Assembly: GCF_056712565.1 (NCBI RefSeq)
Contig: NZ_CM160072.1
DNA length: 64,000 nucleotides
Direction: 5' to 3' (one strand)
Below the pieces are notes generated by a model. The model ran no database searches, was not told the DNA's origin, and saw nothing but the letters and a program-made list of their open reading frames with translations. Shown here in pieces: positions 56,540 to 64,000 of the stretch (its first letter is position 1; each line of letters begins with the position of its first letter). Both the position numbers and the translations under genes were made by a program.

Positions 56540-56816
56540 GACCTTCCTCCTTTGGCTTGTGAATTTGTATCGTCATGCCGCTTTGAGTGGTGACTACAAC
56601 GACAGAACCAGGCTGAAGACTGTTAAGATTGAATGCTTCGTAAAACGAAGCCAAGGCCAGCGCTTTTTTATTCTTTCGGTTCCACCAACGCCATCCATTG
56701 CTACAGGCTACACTGACAATCCACTGTCCACTCCTGTAAGCCATATAAAACCAGATGAGCAAAACCTGAATGAATGCTATCCAGTCAATAATCGTATATT
56801 TCGCGAAGGAGACCAT
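56532..56816 (-). CDS. Small membrane protein (94 aa)
   Basis: ATG 56816 overlapping upstream stop (TGATG); one or two TM helices. Confidence 0.4.
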   Translation of the reverse strand: MVSFAKYTIIDWIAFIQVLLIWFYMAYRSGQWIVSVACSNGWRWWNRKNKKALALASFYEAFNLNSLQPGSVVVVTTQSGMTIQIHKPKEEGRG

Positions 56817-57394
56817 CAATTAACCTCCTGCGGCGGTTCCGGTAGAGGCATCCAGTACAAGGCGTTCCCTAACCACGATAAAGTGCCGTCGCTCAACTCC
56901 ACGTATTCCCCTTGTACCTGTCCTGCCATATACTCGCCGTGCTTTGAATAAATTAAAATCCAATCATCTTGAGCGGGCATTCGCTCACTACAGCTTATCC
57001 AACCATCCGGAGTTACCGGATAGTTGCCCGACAGCTCGTTCAACTTGTAAGTTTGGCTTACAGGTTCGGCTTCCAGTTCTGCAATGCGCTTCTCTGCAGC
57101 TTCCAGCTCAACGCGCAGCTTCCCTACCGTTAGCGCAATTTCCTCGTTCTCCTGGTCGCGGGATTTGATGTATTGCTGGTTCCTTTCCCGTTCATCCAGT
57201 AGTGCCAAAGCAATCTTTGGATTAAAGGCAGCAATAAATTCAGCGTTGTTTTTCAGAACGTGTTGCGCAATGGCCTGACTACTTAGTCGGACCTCATAAC
57301 CACGTGCGCCACGGTGTGGTTTATATGAGTCCCAGTCTCCCCACGTTGCTTTTTCTGCCTTAGCACGCAGTGCCTGATAATCAATCTTGCTCAC
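56816..57394 (-). CDS. Ead/Ea22-like protein
   Basis: GTG 57394 with RBS AAAGGAGG; coiled-coil N-terminus; track start 57475 rejected. Confidence 0.45.
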   Translation of the reverse strand: MSKIDYQALRAKAEKATWGDWDSYKPHRGARGYEVRLSSQAIAQHVLKNNAEFIAAFNPKIALALLDERERNQQYIKSRDQENEEIALTVGKLRVELEAAEKRIAELEAEPVSQTYKLNELSGNYPVTPDGWISCSERMPAQDDWILIYSKHGEYMAGQVQGEYVELSDGTLSWLGNALYWMPLPEPPQEVN

Positions 57395-57683
57395 TGGTTG
57401 CCTCCTTTGCTGGGCTTTCGAATGTATCAAGCTCAAACAACTTAACCACGTCATCAAACAGGACATAATCGCCATCAGAATCTTCAGTCATGTCAGCGCC
57501 ACAATCCTGACCGCACGAGTCACAACCATCCATATCAAGCTCGTATCGCTTCAGGTTTACGATATTTGATAAATTCAGCGCCAGTACAGCCAGGTCATAA
57601 ACCTCTTCGGCAGTGACATCGCTGTTCAGTCCCATTTCATGGCGATATATGATTTTTCCTACTCGTTGTTTTGTGATTGTCAT
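57381..57683 (-). CDS. Hypothetical acidic protein (100 aa)
   Basis: ATG 57683 overlapping upstream stop. Confidence 0.4.
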   Translation of the reverse strand: MTITKQRVGKIIYRHEMGLNSDVTAEEVYDLAVLALNLSNIVNLKRYELDMDGCDSCGQDCGADMTEDSDGDYVLFDDVVKLFELDTFESPAKEATSEQD

Positions 57684-58147
57684 TTTTGCTCACCTCCCTG
57701 TTCTTCCAGAAAAATACGCATAGCCTCAAGCATCTCTTCGGTGTCATACGGTGACAACTTGTCACGCAGGATGTGTTCAATGCTGTTAATGAACTTGCGG
57801 ATTGCTTTGCGTTCAATTTCAGCTAGGAAAGCATCGGTGGCTGGGGTGTCAACACGGATACTGTCGCGCAAGATGAAAAATGCATTGAGCATCCCAGTCT
57901 CCGGCACTTCATCCTGATACTTCTCATACGCATCAAGAGCCTTCATCATCTCAGGTCCGAATGGTTGAGGGTGCGCAGCCTTCAGCGCCGCATTCTCCGC
58001 TGCCAGCGCATTAGCACGCACCAGTTGCACTTCCAGTTGCGTTGCCAAACAGCGAACAAGCACGGATGGTGCGCCTGTCATGTCGTCAGCTAACGCATGC
58101 CCTGATGCCACTAAATCTTTGATCATACCTTCAGCCATACTTTCCAT
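57680..58147 (-). CDS. Hypothetical protein (155 aa)
   Basis: ATG 58147 with RBS GAGGGT. Confidence 0.4.
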   Translation of the reverse strand: MESMAEGMIKDLVASGHALADDMTGAPSVLVRCLATQLEVQLVRANALAAENAALKAAHPQPFGPEMMKALDAYEKYQDEVPETGMLNAFFILRDSIRVDTPATDAFLAEIERKAIRKFINSIEHILRDKLSPYDTEEMLEAMRIFLEEQGGEQK

Positions 58148-58208
58148 CTTTACCCTCGCTTATCCACATAACTTATTGATTACATTGATAACTAAAAAGA
58201 TCGTCGAT

Positions 58209-58553
58209 TCAGAACTCTTCGATGTTCCAGCCGCAACCTGCTTTCTTTGGTTTAACCGTTACCCCGATGATTCGGAACGGATACTGATCTGCGGCGACTT
58301 TGGTTTTCACCCTGGCGTCGTCGGTCCAGAAACCTTTCACTTCGTGCAGTTCCATCTCTCCGGTGGCGAGCATCACAGCGAAATCTGGCGTATAGAACGT
58401 GTTGTCAGCTAACCGCAGCTTGATACCCTCGAATCGATACCAGGCGATTTCCCCTGCACGTTTACGCAGCTCAAGGTGCTGGCAATACGCAGATTCTGTT
58501 TTGTTCATCTGGCCTGTTTTGAGTCGACCAAGAGCCTGTATCTGTTTTCTCAT
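58209..58553 (-). CDS. Small PD-(D/E)XK-like nuclease-fold protein
   Basis: YTPDF...HEVKGF motif. Confidence 0.45.
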   Translation of the reverse strand: MRKQIQALGRLKTGQMNKTESAYCQHLELRKRAGEIAWYRFEGIKLRLADNTFYTPDFAVMLATGEMELHEVKGFWTDDARVKTKVAADQYPFRIIGVTVKPKKAGCGWNIEEF

Positions 58554-58556
58554 GAT

Positions 58557-58571
58557 TTACCTCTAAGGTAA
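58557..58571. promoter_or_regulatory. Operator-like palindrome TTACC-N5-GGTAA
   Basis: TTACCTCTAAGGTAA immediately upstream of ATG 58553. Confidence 0.45.
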
Positions 58572-58618
58572 TTAAAAACCACATAAGACACGAAATCAAT
58601 AGATCTAAGAACATTTTG

Positions 58619-58633
58619 TTACCTATTGGGTAA
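58619..58633. promoter_or_regulatory. Operator-like palindrome TTACC-N5-GGTAA
   Basis: TTACCTATTGGGTAA in P / nuclease-like spacer. Confidence 0.45.
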
Positions 58634-58670
58634 CTATTGAGGCGTAAAAAAATGCGCTATCGCGCTGGTA

Positions 58671-59471
58671 TTACTTGATAAATCCTGCTGCCTTTCCTCG
58701 CCTGTATTCCTCCATCAGCCACTGCGCCGGTGTTATTCCCCCCAGGGTGGCGGCGTTAGGCATGCACCCGAAACTTCGCCCTGGTGGATGGTAAACGTCT
58801 CTCCCTGTGTCCGGAGGTGTACTCATGGGCTCTGGCTTTGCCTGTATGCTGATCACCGGATCGGGTATCTGCTGTCCGGAAGCCACCTTTTTCGCCCAAT
58901 CATCGAGCAACCTGCGCGCGTGTTTCTCAACCTCAATCTCGCTAAGCTGGCGCTGATACATTGCACGGCGGGTATCACATACGACCCAGTACATAACCGG
59001 ATGCCGCCACGGGAATCTTTCGGGACCACCAGGATATAAACTTTTTTCCTTGCTGTACCGGTGAAACTCCGCCATCACATCGTCAATGGTGACGCCAAGA
59101 ACCATCTTGCTGTCTTTACACCACTTGATGAATTGCCCTGGCGACGGCCAGAACGGAGACTCACTGGCGCGAGCGTGGCGCATACCAGCAGAAACCTGTT
59201 CACGGGTTCGGATCCCACCTTCGGCAAACGCAGCAATCCACTGCTGTTTTGCAGCAACTTCCTGCTCTGGCGTCTTCAGGTTGGTTACCACTGCCGCCGG
59301 AAACAGTTGTTTCAGCTGTTTGAAAAGGGCATCAACAAGTCTCTCTGCTGACATGTTCACCACATTGTCATTGTTGACGTACTGATGCTCATAACCTGAC
59401 ATGCGAGAAAGGGCTTCTCCGTCACGGTTTTGTATCGCGGTAAAAACGTTGTTCACAAGAAATCCTCCCAT
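58671..59471 (-). CDS. Replication protein P-like (helicase loader)
   Basis: WIAAFAEGGIRTREQVSAGMRHARASESPFWPSPGQFIKWCKD resembles recalled lambda P segment. Confidence 0.7.
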   Translation of the reverse strand: MGGFLVNNVFTAIQNRDGEALSRMSGYEHQYVNNDNVVNMSAERLVDALFKQLKQLFPAAVVTNLKTPEQEVAAKQQWIAAFAEGGIRTREQVSAGMRHARASESPFWPSPGQFIKWCKDSKMVLGVTIDDVMAEFHRYSKEKSLYPGGPERFPWRHPVMYWVVCDTRRAMYQRQLSEIEVEKHARRLLDDWAKKVASGQQIPDPVISIQAKPEPMSTPPDTGRDVYHPPGRSFGCMPNAATLGGITPAQWLMEEYRRGKAAGFIK

Positions 59472-60268
59472 GCTTCAGGGCTGTTCCAGTGCGGAACGTT
59501 GTTATCAGGTAATGTTGATTGCTTCTGTCTGCTAATCTGCAGCCGCCTTGCCAGCTTCTGCTCCCACTGTGCCTGATGGTATGCCTTACCCTCAGCCATC
59601 CAGTAAATTCTGAACTCTGCAAGTTCCTGTGCCGTTGGCAGACTGTCCAGGTAGATCCCCTGCAATGAGCTTTTCCGAAGAAAGTCATCTGATGGTTGCC
59701 ATTGTTCATGCATGACAAATTTGCCTAATTGCCCTGGCCCACCAGGAGGAACAAAGTTATTCATCACGGCGTTGTTTGCGCCGGGGTCATTAGGCACAGA
59801 ATCCCCGCTTTTTGTCCTGCTCTCCCTCTCTTGGTTAAATGACTGGTTATATGACTGGTTCTGGATCCCGTTTTTGGGATCATTCAACATCCCGTTTTTG
59901 GGATCATTCAACATCCCGTTTTTGGGTATATTCCCGTTTTCGGTAACATTACCGTTTTCGGGTTCATTACCCCCTTCCCGGTTGCCTTTAATGTTCCCGT
60001 TTTTGGTTATATTAAGAGAGAAAACCCGCACTCTTTTCGTCGCTCCCTTTCTCTCTCCGGTATCTGAAATAAGCCCCATTTTCATGAGCGATATAAGCCC
60101 GGCCTGCACGGTTTTTTTATTCAGGCAAGTGTCTTTAACGAGGCGTTCTATGCTGGGGTAGCAGAGGTTATATTCATCGGCTCTGTCAGCCATCGAGAGC
60201 AGTATGAGCTTTAATGACGAGCTACCTGGATCTGTCTCCCAGGCCCAATCTGTTGCATGTCTGCTCAT
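59453..60268 (-). CDS. Replication initiator O-like protein (origin-binding)
   Basis: HTH N-terminus; internal repeated PKNG peptides encoded by iterons; RBS GGAG. Confidence 0.65.
   Translation of the reverse strand: MSRHATDWAWETDPGSSSLKLILLSMADRADEYNLCYPSIERLVKDTCLNKKTVQAGLISLMKMGLISDTGERKGATKRVRVFSLNITKNGNIKGNREGGNEPENGNVTENGNIPKNGMLNDPKNGMLNDPKNGIQNQSYNQSFNQERESRTKSGDSVPNDPGANNAVMNNFVPPGGPGQLGKFVMHEQWQPSDDFLRKSSLQGIYLDSLPTAQELAEFRIYWMAEGKAYHQAQWEQKLARRLQISRQKQSTLPDNNVPHWNSPEAWEDFL
59862..60010. repeat. Origin-like iterons inside the O-like gene
   Basis: Two exact 24-bp tandem copies CCCGTTTTTGGGATCATTCAACAT (59866, 59890) plus about 4 CCCGTTTT(T)GG variants. Confidence 0.6.
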
Positions 60269-60283
60269 GATTAATCTCCGCTA

Positions 60284-60484
60284 TCAGCTTGAATGTTGTG
60301 GGGTGGAATTAATCATGATCTGCTTAATCTCTGCCCTGATGCGACGGTTTGATTCCATGGTGCACTCAACACAGTGTCCGTTGTAAACCCAGCGTTCACT
60401 GTCATGTCCGTGCTTACATGGTTTTCCGGTGTAGTAGCGTTTAAGTCCGCGCTTTGCGGCATCAATACGTGTAATGATTTCCAT
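60284..60484 (-). CDS. Small zinc-ribbon-like protein (66 aa), cII-position gene
   Basis: ATG 60484; CKHGH...CVEC motif; between cro-like gene and O. Confidence 0.4.
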   Translation of the reverse strand: MEIITRIDAAKRGLKRYYTGKPCKHGHDSERWVYNGHCVECTMESNRRIRAEIKQIMINSTPQHSS

Positions 60485-60564
60485 GGTAAGCCCTGTTATT
60501 AGTATTGGGATTACGGTTATTTTGTGCTGACACAAAAAAAAGATCAACCAGATTTGGTTTTTTA

Positions 60565-60579
60565 TTACCTTTGAGGTAC
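60565..60579. promoter_or_regulatory. Imperfect operator-like site
   Basis: TTACCTTTGAGGTAC (one mismatch). Confidence 0.35.
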
Positions 60580-60594
60580 GAATAGATATGAAAA

Positions 60595-60612
60595 GACCGC
60601 CGGGTGGCGGTC
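60595..60612 (-). terminator. tR1-like terminator after cro-like gene
   Basis: Minus strand GACCGCC-accc-GGCGGTC then TTTTCAT. Confidence 0.5.
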
Positions 60613-60634
60613 TACAGAGGGTTGTAGCTGGATA

Positions 60635-60865
60635 TCATGAGTAGAAGAAGTATGCCAGTTCTGCTTTTGAGCGCAGCCATTGTCTTGTTTTACAGGCTTT
60701 AAAAAGCCCATTCATCAATACTTTACCTGGCATTTTTCGCTTACCTGTTAAGTGAGTCTGGATATAGTGACTCGTCGTTCCGGCTTCCTGTGCGAAGGCT
60801 TCACGCTCATCCGGAGTAAGTGCAAGCCAGTGCTTTTTGAAATCGAAATGTCCGTTATCGCTCAT
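60635..60865 (-). CDS. Cro-like HTH regulator (76 aa)
   Basis: Divergent from cI-like gene across the operator cluster; HTH LTPDEREAFAQEAGTTSHYIQ. Confidence 0.55.
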   Translation of the reverse strand: MSDNGHFDFKKHWLALTPDEREAFAQEAGTTSHYIQTHLTGKRKMPGKVLMNGLFKACKTRQWLRSKAELAYFFYS

Positions 60866-60901
60866 AGCTATTGCCTGATATTTATTTCAGATAATAAATA
60901 T

Positions 60902-60964
60902 TCACCCATAAGGTAACAAAAATCAAGGATAGTTACCTATGAGGTGCATTTACCTGTTGGGTAA
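60902..60964. promoter_or_regulatory. OR-like tripartite operator region between cro-like and cI-like genes
   Basis: TCACCCATAAGGTAA (60902), TTACCTATGAGGTGC (60933), TTACCTGTTGGGTAA (60950). Confidence 0.5.
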
Positions 60965-61019
60965 TATTGCTTTAAATTGAATCATCTACTGATTCATATA
61001 TGAGGCGATTTTCCAGAAA

Positions 61020-61604
61020 ATGAAAAGTATCCAGGACGTCCGCAGGCAAAATCTCAACGACTTGATCGACCGTGAATTCAATGGTGTTCAGACGCGGATG
61101 GCAGAAAAACTTGGAACTCAGGCAAATCTGGTAAACCGCTGGGCTCTTGGCAAGAAGGTTATCGGCGACCAGGTTGCGCGAAAAATTGAAGCTGCCGCCA
61201 ATAAACCCCGTAACTGGCTTGATATCGATCGCTCGCTTTCTCAGGAAGGTTTTCAGCCTGTCGGCCCAAGCGACATTGGTCAGCTGGCGGCTCACAACCT
61301 GGAACGCTGGATGAGCGAAAGCCGCGACCTTTCAACACAGGGAAAACTTCACCGCGCATCCGGCGTCGCCCAGGTGACAATCAGCCGCCTGTTAAACAAT
61401 GAGGTCAGCGTTTCCATTTCCACCCTGGAGAATGTTGCATCCGCATTCGGGCGTCACGGCTATGAATTACTGATTCACCCGCACGACCCTGCGACTATCA
61501 ACTATGACCGCTCGCGCTACGCATTGTTACCCGAAACAGAGAAGGCAAAGATCGAAAGTTACATTGAATTTGTCATCAGCCAGAACGAAAAAAACAAACA
61601 ATAA
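61020..61604 (+). CDS. CI-like repressor, HTH type, no recognisable LexA-type autocleavage domain
   Basis: 194 aa, two HTH-like segments, no Ala-Gly/Ser-Lys S24 motifs; followed by terminator. Confidence 0.65.
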   Translation: MKSIQDVRRQNLNDLIDREFNGVQTRMAEKLGTQANLVNRWALGKKVIGDQVARKIEAAANKPRNWLDIDRSLSQEGFQPVGPSDIGQLAAHNLERWMSESRDLSTQGKLHRASGVAQVTISRLLNNEVSVSISTLENVASAFGRHGYELLIHPHDPATINYDRSRYALLPETEKAKIESYIEFVISQNEKNKQ

Positions 61605-61625
61605 AATCATATTTTTCAGTAAGTA

Positions 61626-61648
61626 AGCCGCCTCATGGCGGCTTTTTT
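61626..61648 (+). terminator. Rho-independent terminator after cI-like gene
   Basis: AGCCGCC-tcatg-GCGGCT then TTTTTT. Confidence 0.6.
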
Positions 61649-61661
61649 ATTGCCAGCAAGA

Positions 61662-61738
61662 TTACCTTATGGGTAATTTTTTTAACTCATATCTATTGAC
61701 ATCAAACCAGATACGCATAATCATTACCTCAACGGTAA
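61662..61738 (+). promoter_or_regulatory. pL-like promoter flanked by two operator palindromes
   Basis: TTACCTTATGGGTAA (61662-61676), TTGACA 61696-61701, ATAATC -10-like, TTACCTCAACGGTAA (61724-61738). Confidence 0.5.
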
Positions 61739-61757
61739 CAGACCGAGGTAACAAATT

Positions 61758-61910
61758 ATGCAGTGGAAAATCATCAACGGTTGGTACTGCGTTACTGCAT
61801 GCGGATTCATGAGCTGGAAGTTCCGCACCTTACAGGAAGGCATTAAGTGGGCTTTCGTCAGCAAAGAAGCTCGCGATGTGGCCAACGATAACGAGATATG
61901 GGAGGGCTGA
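61758..61910 (+). CDS. Small hypothetical protein (50 aa), first gene of leftward-type early operon
   Basis: ATG 61758 with RBS GAGGT; absent from ORF track (below 60 aa). Confidence 0.35.
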   Translation: MQWKIINGWYCVTACGFMSWKFRTLQEGIKWAFVSKEARDVANDNEIWEG

Positions 61911-61912
61911 TA

Positions 61913-62212
61913 ATGAACGTTAATCAGCAGAAAAATCTTCAAAAAATCATGCAGGCATTCGACAAGGACTACCACCTGTCAGAACAGCTATATGACCGAC
62001 AAGTTGAACTGATTGAGAGCATCCGACTTCATCAACTGTCATCAACTTTCGACGTTGTAACAGGCAAAGGCGTTCGTCAGGAAGTACTGGAGGCTGCTAA
62101 AGACAGCCCTGAGTTCGAAGAACTGATGGATGCCTATCGGCGAGAGGCAATGGCAATTATCGCCCGCTGGGATCTGGCGGATCAGCTTGATGGACAGAAG
62201 GACGCGGCATGA
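61913..62212 (+). CDS. Hypothetical protein (99 aa)
   Basis: ATG 61913 with RBS GGAGGG; coupled to downstream exonuclease gene. Confidence 0.45.
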   Translation: MNVNQQKNLQKIMQAFDKDYHLSEQLYDRQVELIESIRLHQLSSTFDVVTGKGVRQEVLEAAKDSPEFEELMDAYRREAMAIIARWDLADQLDGQKDAA

Positions 62213-63030
62213 AACCGGGAATTTATTTCGGCATCAGCAACGAAGACTACCACGCAGGTGACGGCGTGAGTAAGTCGCAACTGGACATGGTTGCCAAGAA
62301 TCCGGCGCTTCTTAAATGGGTTCAGGCAGCACCAGAAGACGAAGAGAAAAAGTCTGCATTGGATATGGGAACCGCATTGCACTGCCTGCTTCTGGAACCT
62401 GGAGAATTCGACAAACGCTTCATCGTGTCACCGAAATTCGATCGTCGGACAAAACAAGGTAAAGCTGACGAAGAAGCATTTCTTCGTGATGTGGCGGATA
62501 TGGGTATTACGGTACTTGATGTCGAGCAGTGGCGAAAACTTGAGCTCATGCGTGATAGCGCAATGGCTCATCCGGCGGCACGCTGGATGTTGGAAGCACC
62601 TGGTTACTGCGAAGCATCAATGTACTGGAACGATGAAGAGACGGGTGAGTTGTGCCGAATTCGTCCAGACAAATGGCTGAACGAGCACAACGTGATCGTC
62701 GACGTGAAAAAGGTTGCAGATATGGACCGTTTTGCACGCCACATCGAGGAATTCCGCTACCACGTGCAGGACGCAATGTACCGCGAAGGCGCAACGAGGG
62801 TTACTGGTCAACCGCATGGTTTTTTCTTTCTTGCCGTGAGCGAAAGCATTGATTGTGGTCGGTATCCGGTACGCGTGTTCGAGTTGGATGCGCCGGATGT
62901 CGATGCCGGGCACGCTCTGTTCCGCCGGGATCTGAATACCTATCACGAATGCCGCATCAACGATGAGTGGGGCGGAGTGGAAATTATTAAACGCCCTGAC
63001 TGGGCACGTAAACAGGATATGTACGTATGA
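62209..63030 (+). CDS. PD-(D/E)XK exonuclease (RecE-C-terminal/Exo VIII-like)
   Basis: 273 aa; RPD...IVDVKK nuclease motif; coupled to annealase gene. Confidence 0.6.
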   Translation: MKPGIYFGISNEDYHAGDGVSKSQLDMVAKNPALLKWVQAAPEDEEKKSALDMGTALHCLLLEPGEFDKRFIVSPKFDRRTKQGKADEEAFLRDVADMGITVLDVEQWRKLELMRDSAMAHPAARWMLEAPGYCEASMYWNDEETGELCRIRPDKWLNEHNVIVDVKKVADMDRFARHIEEFRYHVQDAMYREGATRVTGQPHGFFFLAVSESIDCGRYPVRVFELDAPDVDAGHALFRRDLNTYHECRINDEWGGVEIIKRPDWARKQDMYV

Positions 63031-63908
63031 GCAATGATATCGCAATCACATCACAACCAGGCGCAACTGTAGGTACTGCTGCGGCAATCTTCAGCCCGGA
63101 GGGCATGAATCAACTGGTGCGTTTCGCGGAGTTGATGTCACAAAGCAAAGCGACTGTACCGAAACATCTTGAAGGCAAACCTGCCGATTGTCTGGCGGTG
63201 ACCATGCAGGCGGCACAGTGGGGAATGAACCCTTTCGCCGTGGCGCAGAAAACGCATGTGGTAAACGGAACGTTAGGCTACGAAGCACAGTTGGTAAACG
63301 CGGTCGTATCCTCTTCCAGCCTGCTGGCGACACGCCTGAATTATCGCTGGAGCGGTGACTGGTCGAATGTTAACGGCAAAACAGATAAATCACCGAATCT
63401 GACGGTAACTGTGTCAGCAGTTCTTAAAGGAGAAGCAGAACCCCGTGAGCTTACCATCAGTATGGCGCAAGCCGGAGTGCGTAACTCTCCATTGTGGGAA
63501 CAGGATCCGCGCCAGCAGCTTGCCTATCTTTGCACGAAACGATGGGCTCGCCTGCACGCTCCTGATGTGCTTCTCGGTGTTTACACCCCTGACGAATTAC
63601 AGGAAACGGCACCGCGCGTTGAGCGAGACATTACTCCGCAAACAACTACTGCTGCGGGAATGAACAGTCTGATCAACGCTAAACCAGTGAAAAAGCCTGA
63701 TGAGCAAACTCGTAAAGCGGATAGCCGTGATCCAGAAGAAATGCTGATGGCCTTTACCAGCGCAGCGATGAATTACAGCACTGTCTCCGAACTGGATAAG
63801 GCTTACAAATACATTGCACAAAAACTTTCAGATGATGACGAACTGCTGGCAAAAGCCACCGACGTTTACAGCGTTCGTCGGGAAGAATTAAACGAAACAT
63901 CTATGTAA
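63027..63908 (+). CDS. Red-beta/Bet-family single-strand annealing protein
   Basis: QWGMNPF and ERDITPQ segments resemble recalled lambda Bet (GLNPW, ERDITPV). Confidence 0.6.
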   Translation: MSNDIAITSQPGATVGTAAAIFSPEGMNQLVRFAELMSQSKATVPKHLEGKPADCLAVTMQAAQWGMNPFAVAQKTHVVNGTLGYEAQLVNAVVSSSSLLATRLNYRWSGDWSNVNGKTDKSPNLTVTVSAVLKGEAEPRELTISMAQAGVRNSPLWEQDPRQQLAYLCTKRWARLHAPDVLLGVYTPDELQETAPRVERDITPQTTTAAGMNSLINAKPVKKPDEQTRKADSRDPEEMLMAFTSAAMNYSTVSELDKAYKYIAQKLSDDDELLAKATDVYSVRREELNETSM

Positions 63909-63957
63909 CCACCACCGCGGCGCCACACGCGCCGCACTGCAACCAAGAGAGGTATTT

Positions 63958-64000
63958 ATGAAAGGTGCATTAGGTAAGAAGGAACTCCTGGCGGTGGTGC
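63958..64000 (+). CDS. Start of next early gene (truncated by window end)
   Basis: ATG 63958 (MKGALGKKELLAVV) with RBS AGAGAGG. Confidence 0.3.
   Translation, partial: MKGALGKKELLAVV

Larger units (their letters stand above)
27995..64000. mobile_element. Prophage, partial (integrase end beyond window); temperate podovirus-like with tailspike
   Basis: Contiguous lysis, tailspike, ejection, capsid, portal, terminase, replication, cI/cro and recombination genes; inserted between yfgI and guaA. Confidence 0.85.

Overview
The window has two parts. (1) 1-27.9 kb is Escherichia coli core chromosome, syntenic with the K-12 acrD-ypfM-yffB-dapE-ypfN-ypfH-tmcA-ypfJ-purC-bamC-dapA-gcvR-bcp / perM-bepA-yfgD-hda-uraA-upp-purMN-ppk-ppx-pdeF-yfgGHI block, but with bcp abutting perM (the hyf-focB locus that separates them in K-12 is absent). 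(2) From about 27,995 to the window end is about 36 kb of a temperate podovirus-like prophage inserted at the 3' end of guaA; only a 15-nt guaA tail is at this junction, and the integrase end lies beyond 64,000. Prophage order on the minus strand: cI/cro switch, O (with iterons), P, a small-gene block, packaging operon (small and large terminase), portal, scaffold, capsid, large internal/ejection proteins including an SLT-transglycosylase protein, tailspike, then the lysis cassette at the prophage end. A plus-strand exo/bet recombination module lies beyond cI, and plus-strand morons include a tRNA-Arg(UCU) and an antirepressor locus. Most notable: a LexA-box-controlled small antirepressor-like gene paralogous to the C-terminus of an adjacent BRO-N antirepressor, paired with a repressor lacking visible autocleavage motifs; a 15-bp palindrome TTACC-N5-GGTAA at ten perfect and three imperfect sites, at least one at every transcription-unit boundary; a perfect 12-bp palindrome GTGACATGTCAC three times at operon boundaries; and a tailspike with two Asp-box motifs. 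All calls are from reading the sequence and recalled family knowledge; no database search was run.
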